Below, one piece after another: positions 10,174 to 20,263 of a stretch of DNA of 64,000 bases. Position numbers and translations under genes: made by a program. Source of the stretch: a bacterium (GTDB lineage Bacteria > Patescibacteriota > Minisyncoccia > Phycocordibacterales > DATDWN01); contig JBAXLH010000001.1 of the NCBI GenBank assembly GCA_037134875.1, positions 106,646 through 170,645 of the forward strand, read 5' to 3'. Every line of letters begins with the position of its first letter. Positions within the stretch are counted from its first letter, which is position 1. The notes under the pieces are model-generated. The model made no database searches. It was not told where the DNA came from and worked only from the letters and a program-made list of their open reading frames with translations.

Positions 10174-11370
10174 ATGGACAATATATACAATTCTAGTGAT
10201 CTAGAACGCAAAGATTACAATGTTTCTCTCGGCGACGAAAAAAAGTTTTTAACCGAGCTTGCACAGAGGACAGATACAGAGGCACGCAGAATGGAGCGAT
10301 ACCTTGCGATGGCAGATCTCGCACGCACACAGGACAGCCCCCTTTCAGAAATCATAAACAAAGTTCTCGGTCTCCCAACATTCAAAAAATTCCACAACAT
10401 TCACATTCCGGAGATTGTACCCGCATCAGAGAGTTTTGATCTCTTTGACTTCCCTGCAAATCATCCCGCACGAAGCAAGTCAGACACATACTATGTAGAC
10501 GAAAAAAATATTTTGCGTACTCACACAACAGTGATGTGGTATTACTATTTCGGTCTGCCAGAAATCAAAGAGAAGCTCAAAGCGCGCAAACCTCTCGGTG
10601 TTGTTTCATACGGAAAAGTATATCGCAAGGACGAGATCGATCGCAGACATATGAACATCTTCCACCAGATCGACGGACTCTTTGTGTGCCCAAAAGATAT
10701 GCACACAATCACACAGCAAGACCTCAAAAATGTTTTGATCGAGGTTGCTCAGGGAGTATTCGGCGAAAAAATAAAATACAGATTTAATCCAGACACATTT
10801 CCATACACGTGGGATAGTTTGGAAATGGAAGTTGATAAAAACAGTTTGAATGATGAAAAGAAAGACGAGGAATGGGTAGAGGTGCTCGGCGCCGGTATTG
10901 TACAGCCGACAGTTTTGGAAAAGCTCGGTGTGGACTCATCTGTCTACAACGGCTGGGCATTCGGCTTTGGTCTCGAGCGACTTGCGATCATCAGTATGGA
11001 ACTCCCCGACATTCGCCTCCTTTGGTCACAAGATGAGAAGGTTAAAAAACAACTCAAAATGGGAAACAAGTTTGTGGAGGTTTCAAAATACCCAGCAATT
11101 GTTCGCGACATCTCTTTTGTGGTCAAAAATGACTTCATCCCAAACAACTATTTTGACCTTGTTCGTGATGTTGCCGGCGATCTCGCCGAAGAGGTTCTGC
11201 TACTAGACAAATACGAAAATACAGAAAAATTTGGAGCTGGAAATGTGAGCTATGCGTACCGAATCACATACAGATCTCTGGATCGCACACTGACTAGCGC
11301 CGAAATCGACGCTCTGCACAAAAAACTCGAGGAAATCACTGCCTCTACATACCAAGCCAAAATCCGCTAG
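10174..11370 (+). CDS. pheS: Phenylalanine--tRNA ligase, alpha-type catalytic domain fused to FDX-ACB anticodon-binding domain
   Basis: HPARSKSDTYY, LRTHTT, FHQIDG, FPYT, AFGFGLERLA, DIRL; C-terminal SKYPAIVRDISF...YRSLDRTLT. Confidence 0.93.
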   Translation: MDNIYNSSDLERKDYNVSLGDEKKFLTELAQRTDTEARRMERYLAMADLARTQDSPLSEIINKVLGLPTFKKFHNIHIPEIVPASESFDLFDFPANHPARSKSDTYYVDEKNILRTHTTVMWYYYFGLPEIKEKLKARKPLGVVSYGKVYRKDEIDRRHMNIFHQIDGLFVCPKDMHTITQQDLKNVLIEVAQGVFGEKIKYRFNPDTFPYTWDSLEMEVDKNSLNDEKKDEEWVEVLGAGIVQPTVLEKLGVDSSVYNGWAFGFGLERLAIISMELPDIRLLWSQDEKVKKQLKMGNKFVEVSKYPAIVRDISFVVKNDFIPNNYFDLVRDVAGDLAEEVLLLDKYENTEKFGAGNVSYAYRITYRSLDRTLTSAEIDALHKKLEEITASTYQAKIR

Positions 11371-11414
11371 AGAGATTGAAAAATGAGTGAAAACGTGATA
11401 TATTTGTAAAAATT

Positions 11415-12659
11415 ATGGAGTTACAAAATTACCCTCTGTATGTTTTTCTATTTCTCTCACTTTATTTTGAGGTTTTTTTGCTTATCACCTACTTTGAAAA
11501 GAGAGTTGACTTGAAGGAGGAAAATCTGCGATCCAAACGAGCTATCAGAAAATATCCAACGGTTACCATAATGGTTCCATGCTGGAATGAAGAAAAAACA
11601 CTTTCCAAAACAATCCATTCCCTTCTCAATTTAAACTACCCGAAAGACAAGCTAAAAATAATGATTATTGATGACGGCTCAACTGACAATACATGGAGTG
11701 TGGCACAAAAGTTTGCGGGCAAAAAACAAGTCGAACTATATCACAAAGAAAATGGTGGAAAATACACCGCACTCAACTTTGGACTTTCAAAAGTGACTTC
11801 TGATCTCGTTGGATGTCTCGATGCTGACTCGTATGTGGACAAAGATGCTCTCAAAAATATCGTCATTTATTTTGAAGACAAAGAGACAATGGCCGTAACT
11901 CCGAGCGTCAAAGTCTGGAAACCAAAAACAATCATCCAACTCATACAAAAAGTCGAATACGGCTGGGGAATTTTTGTTCGAAAACTTCTTTCATATATTG
12001 GCGCAATGTATGTCACTCCTGGACCATTTTCAATATTCAGACGTGAAGTTTTTGAAAACCTTGGAGGATACCGACATGCTCACCAGACCGAGGATATGGA
12101 ACTCGCCGTTCGTATGCAATCAAACCATTACAAAATAGTAAATTCTCACAACGCGGTCGTGTACACAGTTGCACCAAGTACATTTTGGAAACTCTACAAA
12201 CAGCGTCTGCGATGGACCAACGGCTTCATACACAATGTTGTCGACTACAAACATTTATTTTTCAAAAAAGAATATGGCAACCTCGGTGTATTTATTCTAC
12301 CCATGGCAACACTTTCTATTCTCTCTGCTATTTATGTACTCAGTGTCACGGTTATCAGTATCGTAACAAAAATAATAAATGAGATAATAAAAATCCGGAC
12401 AGTCGGTCTCGACTTTCACTTTGATGGATTTAGTTTTGACTGGTTTTATATAAATACACAAGTTATGGCAATCGGTTCTCTCGTCGCACTCTTGGGTACA
12501 ATTATTATCATACTGCTCTCCCGCAAAATGGCCGAGGGCAAAGTCAGATTTGGACTTGATTTGGTTTACTTTTTTGCGCTCTATGCCCTCATAGCTCCGA
12601 TTTGGATGGCAAAAGCACTTTATAATTCACTGTTTGCTGTTAAAACTACCTGGAGATAA
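11415..12659 (+). CDS. Processive GT2 glycosyltransferase (PgaC/IcaA-like)
   Basis: DDGSTD, DAD, TED and QRLRW motifs; flanking TM helices. Confidence 0.92.
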   Translation: MELQNYPLYVFLFLSLYFEVFLLITYFEKRVDLKEENLRSKRAIRKYPTVTIMVPCWNEEKTLSKTIHSLLNLNYPKDKLKIMIIDDGSTDNTWSVAQKFAGKKQVELYHKENGGKYTALNFGLSKVTSDLVGCLDADSYVDKDALKNIVIYFEDKETMAVTPSVKVWKPKTIIQLIQKVEYGWGIFVRKLLSYIGAMYVTPGPFSIFRREVFENLGGYRHAHQTEDMELAVRMQSNHYKIVNSHNAVVYTVAPSTFWKLYKQRLRWTNGFIHNVVDYKHLFFKKEYGNLGVFILPMATLSILSAIYVLSVTVISIVTKIINEIIKIRTVGLDFHFDGFSFDWFYINTQVMAIGSLVALLGTIIIILLSRKMAEGKVRFGLDLVYFFALYALIAPIWMAKALYNSLFAVKTTWR

Positions 12660-12664
12660 ATTAT

Positions 12665-13384
12665 ATGGAACACAACAAAATTGATTGGAAAAAATATCTG
12701 TTTACTTTTATTATCACTGCAATTATTTTTGCAACGGCTATTTATTTGAGTAATTATTTCAACCAGAAAAAAATAGATGAAATCCGTGGTATTCAAGACA
12801 AAATTTCGATAGACATTCTTTCGAGTGAGACACAATTTTCACTTTTGGAAGATTCTTCCTGTGCAAATATTGGAGGATCCAGTGCCCTATCGACCGAGCT
12901 CGGCACACTGGAGGAAAAGCTGACATACGCAGAAAAAAATAATAGTGTAAATGATACAGATATTCAGACTCTCAAGAGATACTACTCACTTTTGGAAATC
13001 AAAGACTATATACTGATGAACAAGATTAGTGAAAAATGTAAAAAGACACCGCTCACAATTATCTATTTCTATTCCACAAAAAATGACTGTTCTGATTGTG
13101 AAAAAGAGGGATATGTGTTGACACAACTCCGCCAGGATTATCCAGAGTTACGCGTCTATTCATTTGACTACGATCTCGACCTCTCCGCCGTAAAAACGTT
13201 TATATCTATTTACAAAGTGGAGAACAAACTTCCAGTAGTCTTTATCAAAGGCAAACCATACTACGGCTTTCAAAGTATTGATGATATAGAAAAAGCTATG
13301 CCAGAACTTTTGGTTCTCAAAGCAGAGAAAAATGCATCTAGCACGACAGCAACAACAACTCAAAGTAAGCCGATAAAAAAATAA
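12665..13384 (+). CDS. Membrane-anchored protein with C-terminal thioredoxin-like CxxC domain
   Basis: N-terminal TM; IYFYS..DCSDC, RVYSFD, LPVVFI. Confidence 0.7.
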   Translation: MEHNKIDWKKYLFTFIITAIIFATAIYLSNYFNQKKIDEIRGIQDKISIDILSSETQFSLLEDSSCANIGGSSALSTELGTLEEKLTYAEKNNSVNDTDIQTLKRYYSLLEIKDYILMNKISEKCKKTPLTIIYFYSTKNDCSDCEKEGYVLTQLRQDYPELRVYSFDYDLDLSAVKTFISIYKVENKLPVVFIKGKPYYGFQSIDDIEKAMPELLVLKAEKNASSTTATTTQSKPIKK

Positions 13385-13385
13385 T

Positions 13386-14087
13386 ATGGACTCATTCCCA
13401 ATGCGGATAAACAAATACTTGGCTCACAAGGGTGTGGCGACACGCACCGGTGTTGACGAACTCATCAAATCGAGCAAAGTACTCATCAACGGCAAAATCG
13501 CCAAACTCGGCGACAAGGTTTTGGAAACCGACAAAGTAGAGGTGCGAGAAAAACATATCAAAAAAGATTACGTGTATCTCGCCTACAACAAACCCGTCGG
13601 CGTCGTCACTGCAAATCCCCAAGGAGATGAAAAAGATATTATAAGCTCGATTGCATCAGAGAAGAAAGTTTTTCCTGTCGGCCGACTCGACAAGGATTCT
13701 CACGGACTCATTATTTTGACAAACGATGGCAGAATTACTGACAGACTACTCAATCCAATGTACGACCACGAAAAAGAATATGTGGTAGAGACCGACAGAC
13801 CATTTACTCCCGCATTTTTGAAACATATACAAGACGGCGTAGTGATTGACGACTACACAACACAAAAGGCAAAAGCAAAAAAACTCGGTGATACAAAGTT
13901 TAGCCTCATTTTGACTGAGGGAAAAAATAGACAAATCCGCAAAATGGTTGACCGCCTCGGCTACACAGTGATCGATCTCAAACGAATTCGTATCCAAAAT
14001 ATCAAACTAGAAAAAATCCCCGCAAACTCCTACCGACAAATCGTCGGCGAAGAAAAAGAAACATTTTTGAAATCAATAGGATTGTGA
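13386..14087 (+). CDS. rRNA pseudouridine synthase (RsuA/RluB/RluF family) with S4 domain
   Basis: MRINKYLA, VGRLDKDS, EGKNRQIR. Confidence 0.95.
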   Translation: MDSFPMRINKYLAHKGVATRTGVDELIKSSKVLINGKIAKLGDKVLETDKVEVREKHIKKDYVYLAYNKPVGVVTANPQGDEKDIISSIASEKKVFPVGRLDKDSHGLIILTNDGRITDRLLNPMYDHEKEYVVETDRPFTPAFLKHIQDGVVIDDYTTQKAKAKKLGDTKFSLILTEGKNRQIRKMVDRLGYTVIDLKRIRIQNIKLEKIPANSYRQIVGEEKETFLKSIGL

Positions 14088-14090
14088 TAT

Positions 14091-14753
14091 TTATTTTAAT
14101 TGTGAAATTTCTCCAACAATTTTTTCAATGTTTGGAAATTCTCGCTCAAAAATCTCAGAAATTTTATCTGCACCTTCCGGGTTTCTTTGAAGTCTCTTAT
14201 TGTCGGGAAAGAATTTGTTCATTATTAAATCTACCACTCTCTCTTTAGTCCAATGATCTATTTTGTATTTTTTAATTAAATGCTCAATAGTTAAATGCAC
14301 AATTTCGTGAGCAATGGTAAATGATGATCTGTTTGTTTGATTTAGATTCAGTTGAATACGATTTGGTGTTCCATAACTACCACCAGTTCCATATTTAGTA
14401 ATAGAGAGAAAATATTTTTTTTGCAGTGGTAAATTGAGAGTTTTCAGATTTTGAAAAAAACCTTCTTTTATTTTATCCCATTCTTTTTTTGTCTGTGATA
14501 TTTCTTTTTCATTAACAGAAGTATCAAATTCACTTTTAACTGCGTCAGAAATATCGTCCTCCGTTATACTTTCTCCACTATCTAATTTTTCTTGTATAGC
14601 TTTTGGATATGTTGGCTCATATCTATTTTCTTTATACCAACTATATTTACTACACAAATATTTTACACGATTTATTTCATCCTTAACTAGGCAACCAAAA
14701 ACCACTTCAATTGATGATTCTGATTTTTGTGTAGAAGTATTTTCGATTATCAT
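14091..14753 (-). CDS. Hypothetical protein with HExxH motif
   Basis: YGTGGSY and IAHEIVH. Confidence 0.7.
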   Translation of the reverse strand: MIIENTSTQKSESSIEVVFGCLVKDEINRVKYLCSKYSWYKENRYEPTYPKAIQEKLDSGESITEDDISDAVKSEFDTSVNEKEISQTKKEWDKIKEGFFQNLKTLNLPLQKKYFLSITKYGTGGSYGTPNRIQLNLNQTNRSSFTIAHEIVHLTIEHLIKKYKIDHWTKERVVDLIMNKFFPDNKRLQRNPEGADKISEIFEREFPNIEKIVGEISQLK

Positions 14754-14783
14754 AATTTTATTTTATAAATAACATCAACAATA

Positions 14784-15287
14784 TTATCCTAATATTTTAT
14801 TAAAAAACGCGTATTTTTTTCTCATATACTCTTTGAAATCGATCGGGCCATACGGCATTTTTGTTTGTTCGTATTCACCTCGTAATCCTTTGTTTTGTGA
14901 AAGCATTTCAAATACACGAATCTGATCTTGTAGATTTGGTGAATTTTTGTCAGTCAAATATAATTCAACATCAAAACCTTCCTCTACAAATTCCCATTTG
15001 ATCGATGTTCCTTTTCGTTTTGGCTTACCAAATAATTTTTCAACGATTGGAAAATATTCATCATACTTTTTTGGAACTGTAAGAATATTTATATCTATAT
15101 CATTTTGTCCGGCTATCCCTAGTGCAGCTGCACCACCAAAATGAATCTGCAAGTCAGGCAACACTTTTTGCAAATTACCTACTATTTTTCTCGCAACTTC
15201 CTGAACTTTTGGATCAAATGGTTTTACGACAATAACCTTTCCATCTGGAAGTGTTGAAAGATATTTTTCTTGTGATTCTTTTATCAT
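14784..15287 (-). CDS. GrpB-like nucleotidyltransferase-fold protein
   Basis: HFGGAALGIAGQNDIDI; YEQTK...YMRKKYAF. Confidence 0.75.
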   Translation of the reverse strand: MIKESQEKYLSTLPDGKVIVVKPFDPKVQEVARKIVGNLQKVLPDLQIHFGGAAALGIAGQNDIDINILTVPKKYDEYFPIVEKLFGKPKRKGTSIKWEFVEEGFDVELYLTDKNSPNLQDQIRVFEMLSQNKGLRGEYEQTKMPYGPIDFKEYMRKKYAFFNKILG

Positions 15288-15365
15288 AATTATTCATAGT
15301 ATACCATTTTTATATATCAGGCTAACATCAGAGAAATTATACCCAGCTTGTAGTAGAATATGTGA

Positions 15366-15530
15366 ATGGAAAGAAAAAAACTTGTATGGTTTGGACTTTT
15401 TGTAGGATCAGCTCTGGGAGGATTCATTCCAACTCTCTGGGGAGATAGTGCTTTTTCAATGAGCTCTGTGTTTGGCACTGCTATTGGCGGATTTGTTGGC
15501 ATCTGGGCTGGTTGGAAAATCGGAGAGTAA
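15366..15530 (+). CDS. Small glycine-rich membrane protein (54 aa, absent from ORF track)
   Basis: MERKKLVWFGLFVGSALGGFIPTLWG...GGFVGIWAGWKIGE; fills the intergenic gap. Confidence 0.7.
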   Translation: MERKKLVWFGLFVGSALGGFIPTLWGDSAFSMSSVFGTAIGGFVGIWAGWKIGE

Positions 15531-15544
15531 CATTTTATAAAAAT

Positions 15545-16561
15545 TTACATAACAAAAGGGAGTAACTCTTTAATCTGGTTAGCCTCCAGACTGTATGCTC
15601 GTACAAACGAGTCATCTACATGAGCATACAAAATCCCGTGACCATTTTCCGTCTCCACAAACTGACTGGCAAATGTAATTGTTGTTGCCTCACTATCTAT
15701 GATAAGTGGCTCGGGAGACACCCAATCTATTTTGCCGTGCTCATAGTCGTATATAAATAGTCCAACAGAAAACATTCCATATTTTGTTTTGCCTCCGATT
15801 TTTTTATTCGCTTCCCGTCCATTTAATATTCCCACAAGTTTGTTTTCTCCGACGTCAATAAATGTTTTCGGCAAAAATGGTCCAGGAGATGCGTGTCCAC
15901 CAATCCACGAAATATTATGATCCTCTGGATTAAATATTGTTTCGCCAAATTCCCATGGCTTTCCCATATCATGAGCAATAGCTACTCTGACCGTCGAGTA
16001 TGTCCAGTGTTTTCCTTTTTTACTCGATTCAATGAGATTAAGTCTCACACCTTTGCTGTTTACTGGAGCGATAGATAATTCCTTTGCACTACCATCACCC
16101 GTATCAACCAACGTCGGCTCTGTCATTTCGAGAGAATCAATATTTTTTCCGACAGCATGCCCGAGATTGATAGAAAAATGATCTTTGTGTTTGTGCTTGG
16201 TCGGCAGGGTAAAATAGACATGCATCAAATCAGTTTTTTCATCAATCCAAATGTCAGGATCCTCAAGTCCAATAAAATCTCCGTCTTTTCCTGTAAATTT
16301 TTGTATTATTTCTTCCTGATTTTTTATTACGATTTTTTCGCCAATATCAAAATGTTCTAAAGAGCTACCTGTAGCTTTGTACAAAGCACTTCTGTCGACG
16401 TATCCTCCGACCGAGACATCTCCCTCACGACTCAAAATGCATCTGACAATTCCCTCCGTGTAGCCTGTTCTAGGGTCGAGAGCAATAGCCATGACGTGTT
16501 CAAAACGGCTACCAGCCTCTACCACTTTCCCCGAATGTTCAAGGTATGATTGTATTTCCAT
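15545..16561 (-). CDS. Putative beta-propeller glycosidase-like protein
   Basis: GLEDPDIW, WIGGHASPGP, ITFASQF, LYAHVDDS. Confidence 0.6.
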   Translation of the reverse strand: MEIQSYLEHSGKVVEAGSRFEHVMAIALDPRTGYTEGIVRCILSREGDVSVGGYVDRSALYKATGSSLEHFDIGEKIVIKNQEEIIQKFTGKDGDFIGLEDPDIWIDEKTDLMHVYFTLPTKHKHKDHFSINLGHAVGKNIDSLEMTEPTLVDTGDGSAKELSIAPVNSKGVRLNLIESSKKGKHWTYSTVRVAIAHDMGKPWEFGETIFNPEDHNISWIGGHASPGPFLPKTFIDVGENKLVGILNGREANKKIGGKTKYGMFSVGLFIYDYEHGKIDWVSPEPLIIDSEATTITFASQFVETENGHGILYAHVDDSFVRAYSLEANQIKELLPFVM

Positions 16562-16570
16562 ATGTTTGTT

Positions 16571-17359
16571 TTATTGAATTAAATTTTTCCAATACTCAAC
16601 AAGTTTTTCTTTTTCGGCGTCGTCCAAAACTCCTTTGATACGTGGGTCTATTATATTTTTTGACCAGAGCTTGTATCCACCAGAGAAAACTTTATCAACC
16701 ATTTCGGAATACATTTTAAATTTTTCTTTTACAGATGAGGCTCTGAGACACGTCGTGTAGAGAGTGTAAAATTCTAGATCATTTTCTTTCAAATATTTTA
16801 CAACTTGCTTTTCCCCTCTCCACGGAATATTTCTGAATTCAAAATAACCCATAAAAACAGTATACGTATCCTGTAACAACTTGAGCTCTAATGCTTCCAA
16901 GTATTCCGGGTTGCCCGACTCAAAATATCTTCTGTTTGTAATATATCCAGAACTTATAAGTGACTGAAATTTCTTCATCTCGGCCACCGGCACCTGCATT
17001 TTCTTTTTGAGATTAGGCACCATTTCTTTCATGCGAGTCGCAGTACCCGATTTATCAAACTCAATATTCGCTTTTGCCAGCCAATCCACGAGCACCGCAT
17101 CCATTGTGTTGGCCGGTATCTCTGCGTCTGACATTAATTTCTCGAGAAGTGGAATATCATAGAAAAATATGTCGGCAGGTATGTCCTCAATAAATTGAAA
17201 AAGTGAGAAGAGTTTTTGTGTGTTTTCTTTGAAAATAATAACGAGATCAATATCACTGTATGGCTTTTCCTCTCCAATCCCTCGTGATCCTGTAACAAAT
17301 ACAGCATCTACTTCGTCTTTCAGTTTGAGTGCTTGAATTAGGTTTTGTAAATTTTGCAT
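16571..17359 (-). CDS. Nucleotidyltransferase domain protein
   Basis: VTGSRG...YSDIDL Pol-beta motif. Confidence 0.85.
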   Translation of the reverse strand: MQNLQNLIQALKLKDEVDAVFVTGSRGIGEEKPYSDIDLVIIFKENTQKLFSLFQFIEDIPADIFFYDIPLLEKLMSDAEIPANTMDAVLVDWLAKANIEFDKSGTATRMKEMVPNLKKKMQVPVAEMKKFQSLISSGYITNRRYFESGNPEYLEALELKLLQDTYTVFMGYFEFRNIPWRGEKQVVKYLKENDLEFYTLYTTCLRASSVKEKFKMYSEMVDKVFSGGYKLWSKNIIDPRIKGVLDDAEKEKLVEYWKNLIQ

Positions 17360-17422
17360 ACGTATATGATACCAGATTAAAGAAAATTTGTTTTGTGTAC
17401 ATTATTATTAAAAAATATTGTT

Positions 17423-17851
17423 ATGAATACTCAAGAAGAAAATAAAAATCTCGTCAAAAGATTTGTTGAAGAAGTAAAGAATCAGAGAAAGCTTGATAGA
17501 ATGGAAAATTATTTTGCAACTGACTATGTTGAACACAATCAGACTGTGGCCTCGTTTGGTCCGAGCATAGAAGGCTACCAAAAATTTCTTGGACACCTGT
17601 TTACTGCTTTCCCGGATGACGTCTTGAAACTGGAAATGATTTTGGCAGATGGGGATATGGTCTCATACAGAGCCACGGAGTCTGGTAGTCACCAAGATAC
17701 CTTTCTCGGCATACCAGCTACAAAAAAGTCAGCAGTCTGGACCGAGATTCAATTCTTTAAAATAAAGAATGGCAAAATAGTGGAACATTGGGTGGACGTA
17801 GATATATATTCTTGGTTTATGCAACTCGGGGTTATTCCAAGTAATACCTAA
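17423..17851 (+). CDS. SnoaL-like ester cyclase family protein
   Basis: ENKNLVKRF, AFPD, FLGIPATKK, GKIVEHW. Confidence 0.9.
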   Translation: MNTQEENKNLVKRFVEEVKNQRKLDRMENYFATDYVEHNQTVASFGPSIEGYQKFLGHLFTAFPDDVLKLEMILADGDMVSYRATESGSHQDTFLGIPATKKSAVWTEIQFFKIKNGKIVEHWVDVDIYSWFMQLGVIPSNT

Positions 17852-18492
17852 AAGGTGTTGCCGGTATTCAAAACAGTATCAGTTTTTGGCTCAACTTTTC
17901 GTACACTCTTAAAAAACACGGCGCAATTGTAGACAACCTGAATAAATACAAGTAGACAAACAGCGAGAATCGGTTTGTGAGTTATTCCAAACACAGCTGA
18001 GCCAAAAATCACAGTAAACTGTAGGAAAAAAATTCTTGCATACAATGTGTTCAGTTCTTTTCTTGCATTCTTACTTTTATTTGAAAGTGGCGGTTCGTAC
18101 TCCTGATTTTTTATAAAATAAAAAAGTTCGTATGCGTAATTTAACAACACAAGAAAAATACCAAGCGAGATCGATCCTAAAGCGCTAGACAATATTGTCT
18201 TGACTTGTGCCCATTCAAGCTGGGTCACTCCATTGAAAATCAATGTAGAAATAACAAGATGAATATAAATAAAGAAAATCAGTGGCACAGTCACAAACAT
18301 TACAAACAAGGCAAACCATTGACCTTTTATAACCCTAAAAAGTAATTTTGCTTGAAATGTGAGAAAAATAATAAGCGTCTCAAACCAAAAAATAAGTATA
18401 GTGTTGAATGGACTCCAACCGAGAAAAAACAGACCATACAAAGGAAAGAGGTTTGAGGCGAGCATAAGCAGAAACCGAATTGCATTTCGCAT
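17848..18492 (-). CDS. Polytopic membrane protein (DUF6498-like)
   Basis: NLFPLYGLFFLGW...FWFET; multiple TM segments. Confidence 0.65.
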   Translation of the reverse strand: MRNAIRFLLMLASNLFPLYGLFFLGWSPFNTILIFWFETLIIFLTFQAKLLFRVIKGQWFALFVMFVTVPLIFFIYIHLVISTLIFNGVTQLEWAQVKTILSSALGSISLGIFLVLLNYAYELFYFIKNQEYEPPLSNKSKNARKELNTLYARIFFLQFTVIFGSAVFGITHKPILAVCLLVFIQVVYNCAVFFKSVRKVEPKTDTVLNTGNTF

Positions 18493-18521
18493 AAATTAAT
18501 TATAGCAAAATATAAAAAAAT

Positions 18522-18550
18522 ACTCACCAAGCTATTGCTAGCTGGTGAGT
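18522..18550 (-). terminator. Intrinsic terminator hairpin
   Basis: ACTCACCA-AGCTA/TAGCT-GGTGAGT stem followed by a T-run on the minus strand. Confidence 0.6.
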
Positions 18551-18552
18551 TA

Positions 18553-18975
18553 TTATACAGTGATGTCGGTAACCATCTCGTCGTCCCAGACAACTTCATT
18601 GTCCGGAATAGCGAGATTGCGTTCCCATTCAACTGGCTCACTGTCCGCCAAAATATGTTCCATAAATTCTTTTTGCGGGTCTTCCGACTTGCTATCCTTT
18701 AGTCTCCAACCCCTCAGAACAAAAGCAACAAAACTCATATGACGAGAATGTCGCATGTATGCCTGATAGTCCTCAACGGACCTAAAAGAAACAAAAAGTG
18801 CAACATCGTATTGATTATTTCCGACAACTCGGACGAAGTCGACAACTCGACCAACCCAGAAGTCCTTCACGAGTAGCGGAATATCTTTGAGCCATTTTGT
18901 GGCTTCATTGATTATCAGATCCACAGCCTGTGGATTGCCAGGGTAGGCTTTATAAAAAACGATGTGCAAGATCAT
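18553..18975 (-). CDS. Dabb (stress-responsive alpha/beta barrel) family protein
   Basis: MILHIVFYK...YDVALFVSF...YQAYMRHSRH. Confidence 0.75.
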   Translation of the reverse strand: MILHIVFYKAYPGNPQAVDLIINEATKWLKDIPLLVKDFWVGRVVDFVRVVGNNQYDVALFVSFRSVEDYQAYMRHSRHMSFVAFVLRGWRLKDSKSEDPQKEFMEHILADSEPVEWERNLAIPDNEVVWDDEMVTDITV

Positions 18976-18982
18976 TTTCGTT

Positions 18983-19201
18983 TTAGACAGATTGGATGAA
19001 TACCAAATGAAGAGAAGAAGTATTCACCCATGTGTCTTTGACGCTATTATTGCCCGGATAGGTCCGGTTGTTTGTCATGAGAACCATCGTGCCATCCACG
19101 GCCGACACGGTGGCCTTATAGGGATTAGGCATAAATTTGTCCCGTTCCCAAGCCAGGATAGAATATAAAACTTCCTTACCTATCAAACTCGTGAGATTCA
19201 T
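18983..19201 (-). CDS. Small hypothetical protein
   Basis: ORF from MNLTSLIGK, in an operon with the Dabb gene. Confidence 0.55.
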   Translation of the reverse strand: MNLTSLIGKEVLYSILAWERDKFMPNPYKATVSAVDGTMVLMTNNRTYPGNNSVKDTWVNTSSLHLVFIQSV

Positions 19202-19266
19202 GTTTTTTCTCCGCGGAAAACTATACCATATACAGAAAAAAACACAAGGCATACATAAAACCCTCT

Positions 19267-19680
19267 TTACTTTGTATTCAAAAATGCATCTATCAGCTCG
19301 ATATCCTTCATATCCTTTTCCCTACCGAGTTTCAGTTTTATCTTTTTCAAATGCTCGAGGTTTATAAACTTCACACCGTGAAAAGTGTCTGCATGCCCAA
19401 ACATTTCCTCGAGTGGCACTATTTCTGAGTTGCCAAATACCGATTGATGCGGAGAGAGAATTTCAATATCATCTGGGAGAACAACACGATCTACACCACT
19501 TTGACTGACAACCGGATATTTCGTAATAAGCTCGTCCCACAACTCCTGCGTCACAACAACATCTATATCTTTTGCCTCCCGTATTCCCCGCACAGCGAGC
19601 GCACCAGAACTCACAACTAAAAACTGACCTGCCGACAGATTTAGTTTTTTCAAATTTGAGAGCTGAGTGGAGAAATCCAT
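19267..19680 (-). CDS. Nucleotidyltransferase-fold hypothetical protein
   Basis: SSGALAVRGIREAKDIDV...GREKDMKDI. Confidence 0.7.
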   Translation of the reverse strand: MDFSTQLSNLKKLNLSAGQFLVVSSGALAVRGIREAKDIDVVVTQELWDELITKYPVVSQSGVDRVVLPDDIEILSPHQSVFGNSEIVPLEEMFGHADTFHGVKFINLEHLKKIKLKLGREKDMKDIELIDAFLNTK

Positions 19681-19699
19681 AAATTAAAATAGTTTCTAC

Positions 19700-20227
19700 T
19701 TAATTGTTTCGGGCAATATAGTCTTCCAATCGGTCATTCAATCTGGCCACCTCCTCTTTGGTGGGAGAATCTTCACAGCTATCTAGGAAACTGCGTATAA
19801 ATACACAGTATTCGTTGTGGGTAAATTTTTTTAAATCATTCTCTCCTGTAAACGCTCCGATAAACTTTACAAGGTGTGATTTAAAATCTGCCAACTTAAT
19901 CATTTTTCCGCCCCATGAGATATGTTTAATTTTTTCGTAATACTCTTTTTTCTCTTCTGCGTTGTAGTTTTTTGGATGAGAAACTTCCTCTACCATCTGA
20001 GCTACATTTTTTCCAAAAATATTTTCAATTTCGTCATATGTAGTATCGGTATCTTCCAATGTATCGTGAAGCAACCCAGCAATTAAAATATCTGGATCAT
20101 TGACCCCAAAATCTTCTTTCAATATCTGGCATACTTCCAAAAAATGATTTCCTGTGCCAGCCTCTTTAAATTTCCTCTCTGCAAATTCTTTTGCCAACTC
20201 TATTTTATTTTGATGTAATTCTTCCAT
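19700..20227 (-). CDS. HD-domain hydrolase (Mesh1/small alarmone hydrolase-like)
   Basis: H..EV, AGLLHDTLEDT, IKLAD. Confidence 0.85.
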   Translation of the reverse strand: MEELHQNKIELAKEFAERKFKEAGTGNHFLEVCQILKEDFGVNDPDILIAGLLHDTLEDTDTTYDEIENIFGKNVAQMVEEVSHPKNYNAEEKKEYYEKIKHISWGGKMIKLADFKSHLVKFIGAFTGENDLKKFTHNEYCVFIRSFLDSCEDSPTKEEVARLNDRLEDYIARNN

Positions 20228-20248
20228 ATGTATAGTATATCAACCGGT

Positions 20249-20263
20249 GCTGCGGGACTTGGA
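20249..20263 (+). repeat. Displaced 3' fragment of tRNA-Gln (att direct repeat)
   Basis: GCTGCGGGACTTGGA identical to 40477-40491. Confidence 0.85.

Noticed and set aside
14091-20227. Integron cassette array
   Set aside because: No repeated attC-like sites in the short spacers and no tyrosine integrase.
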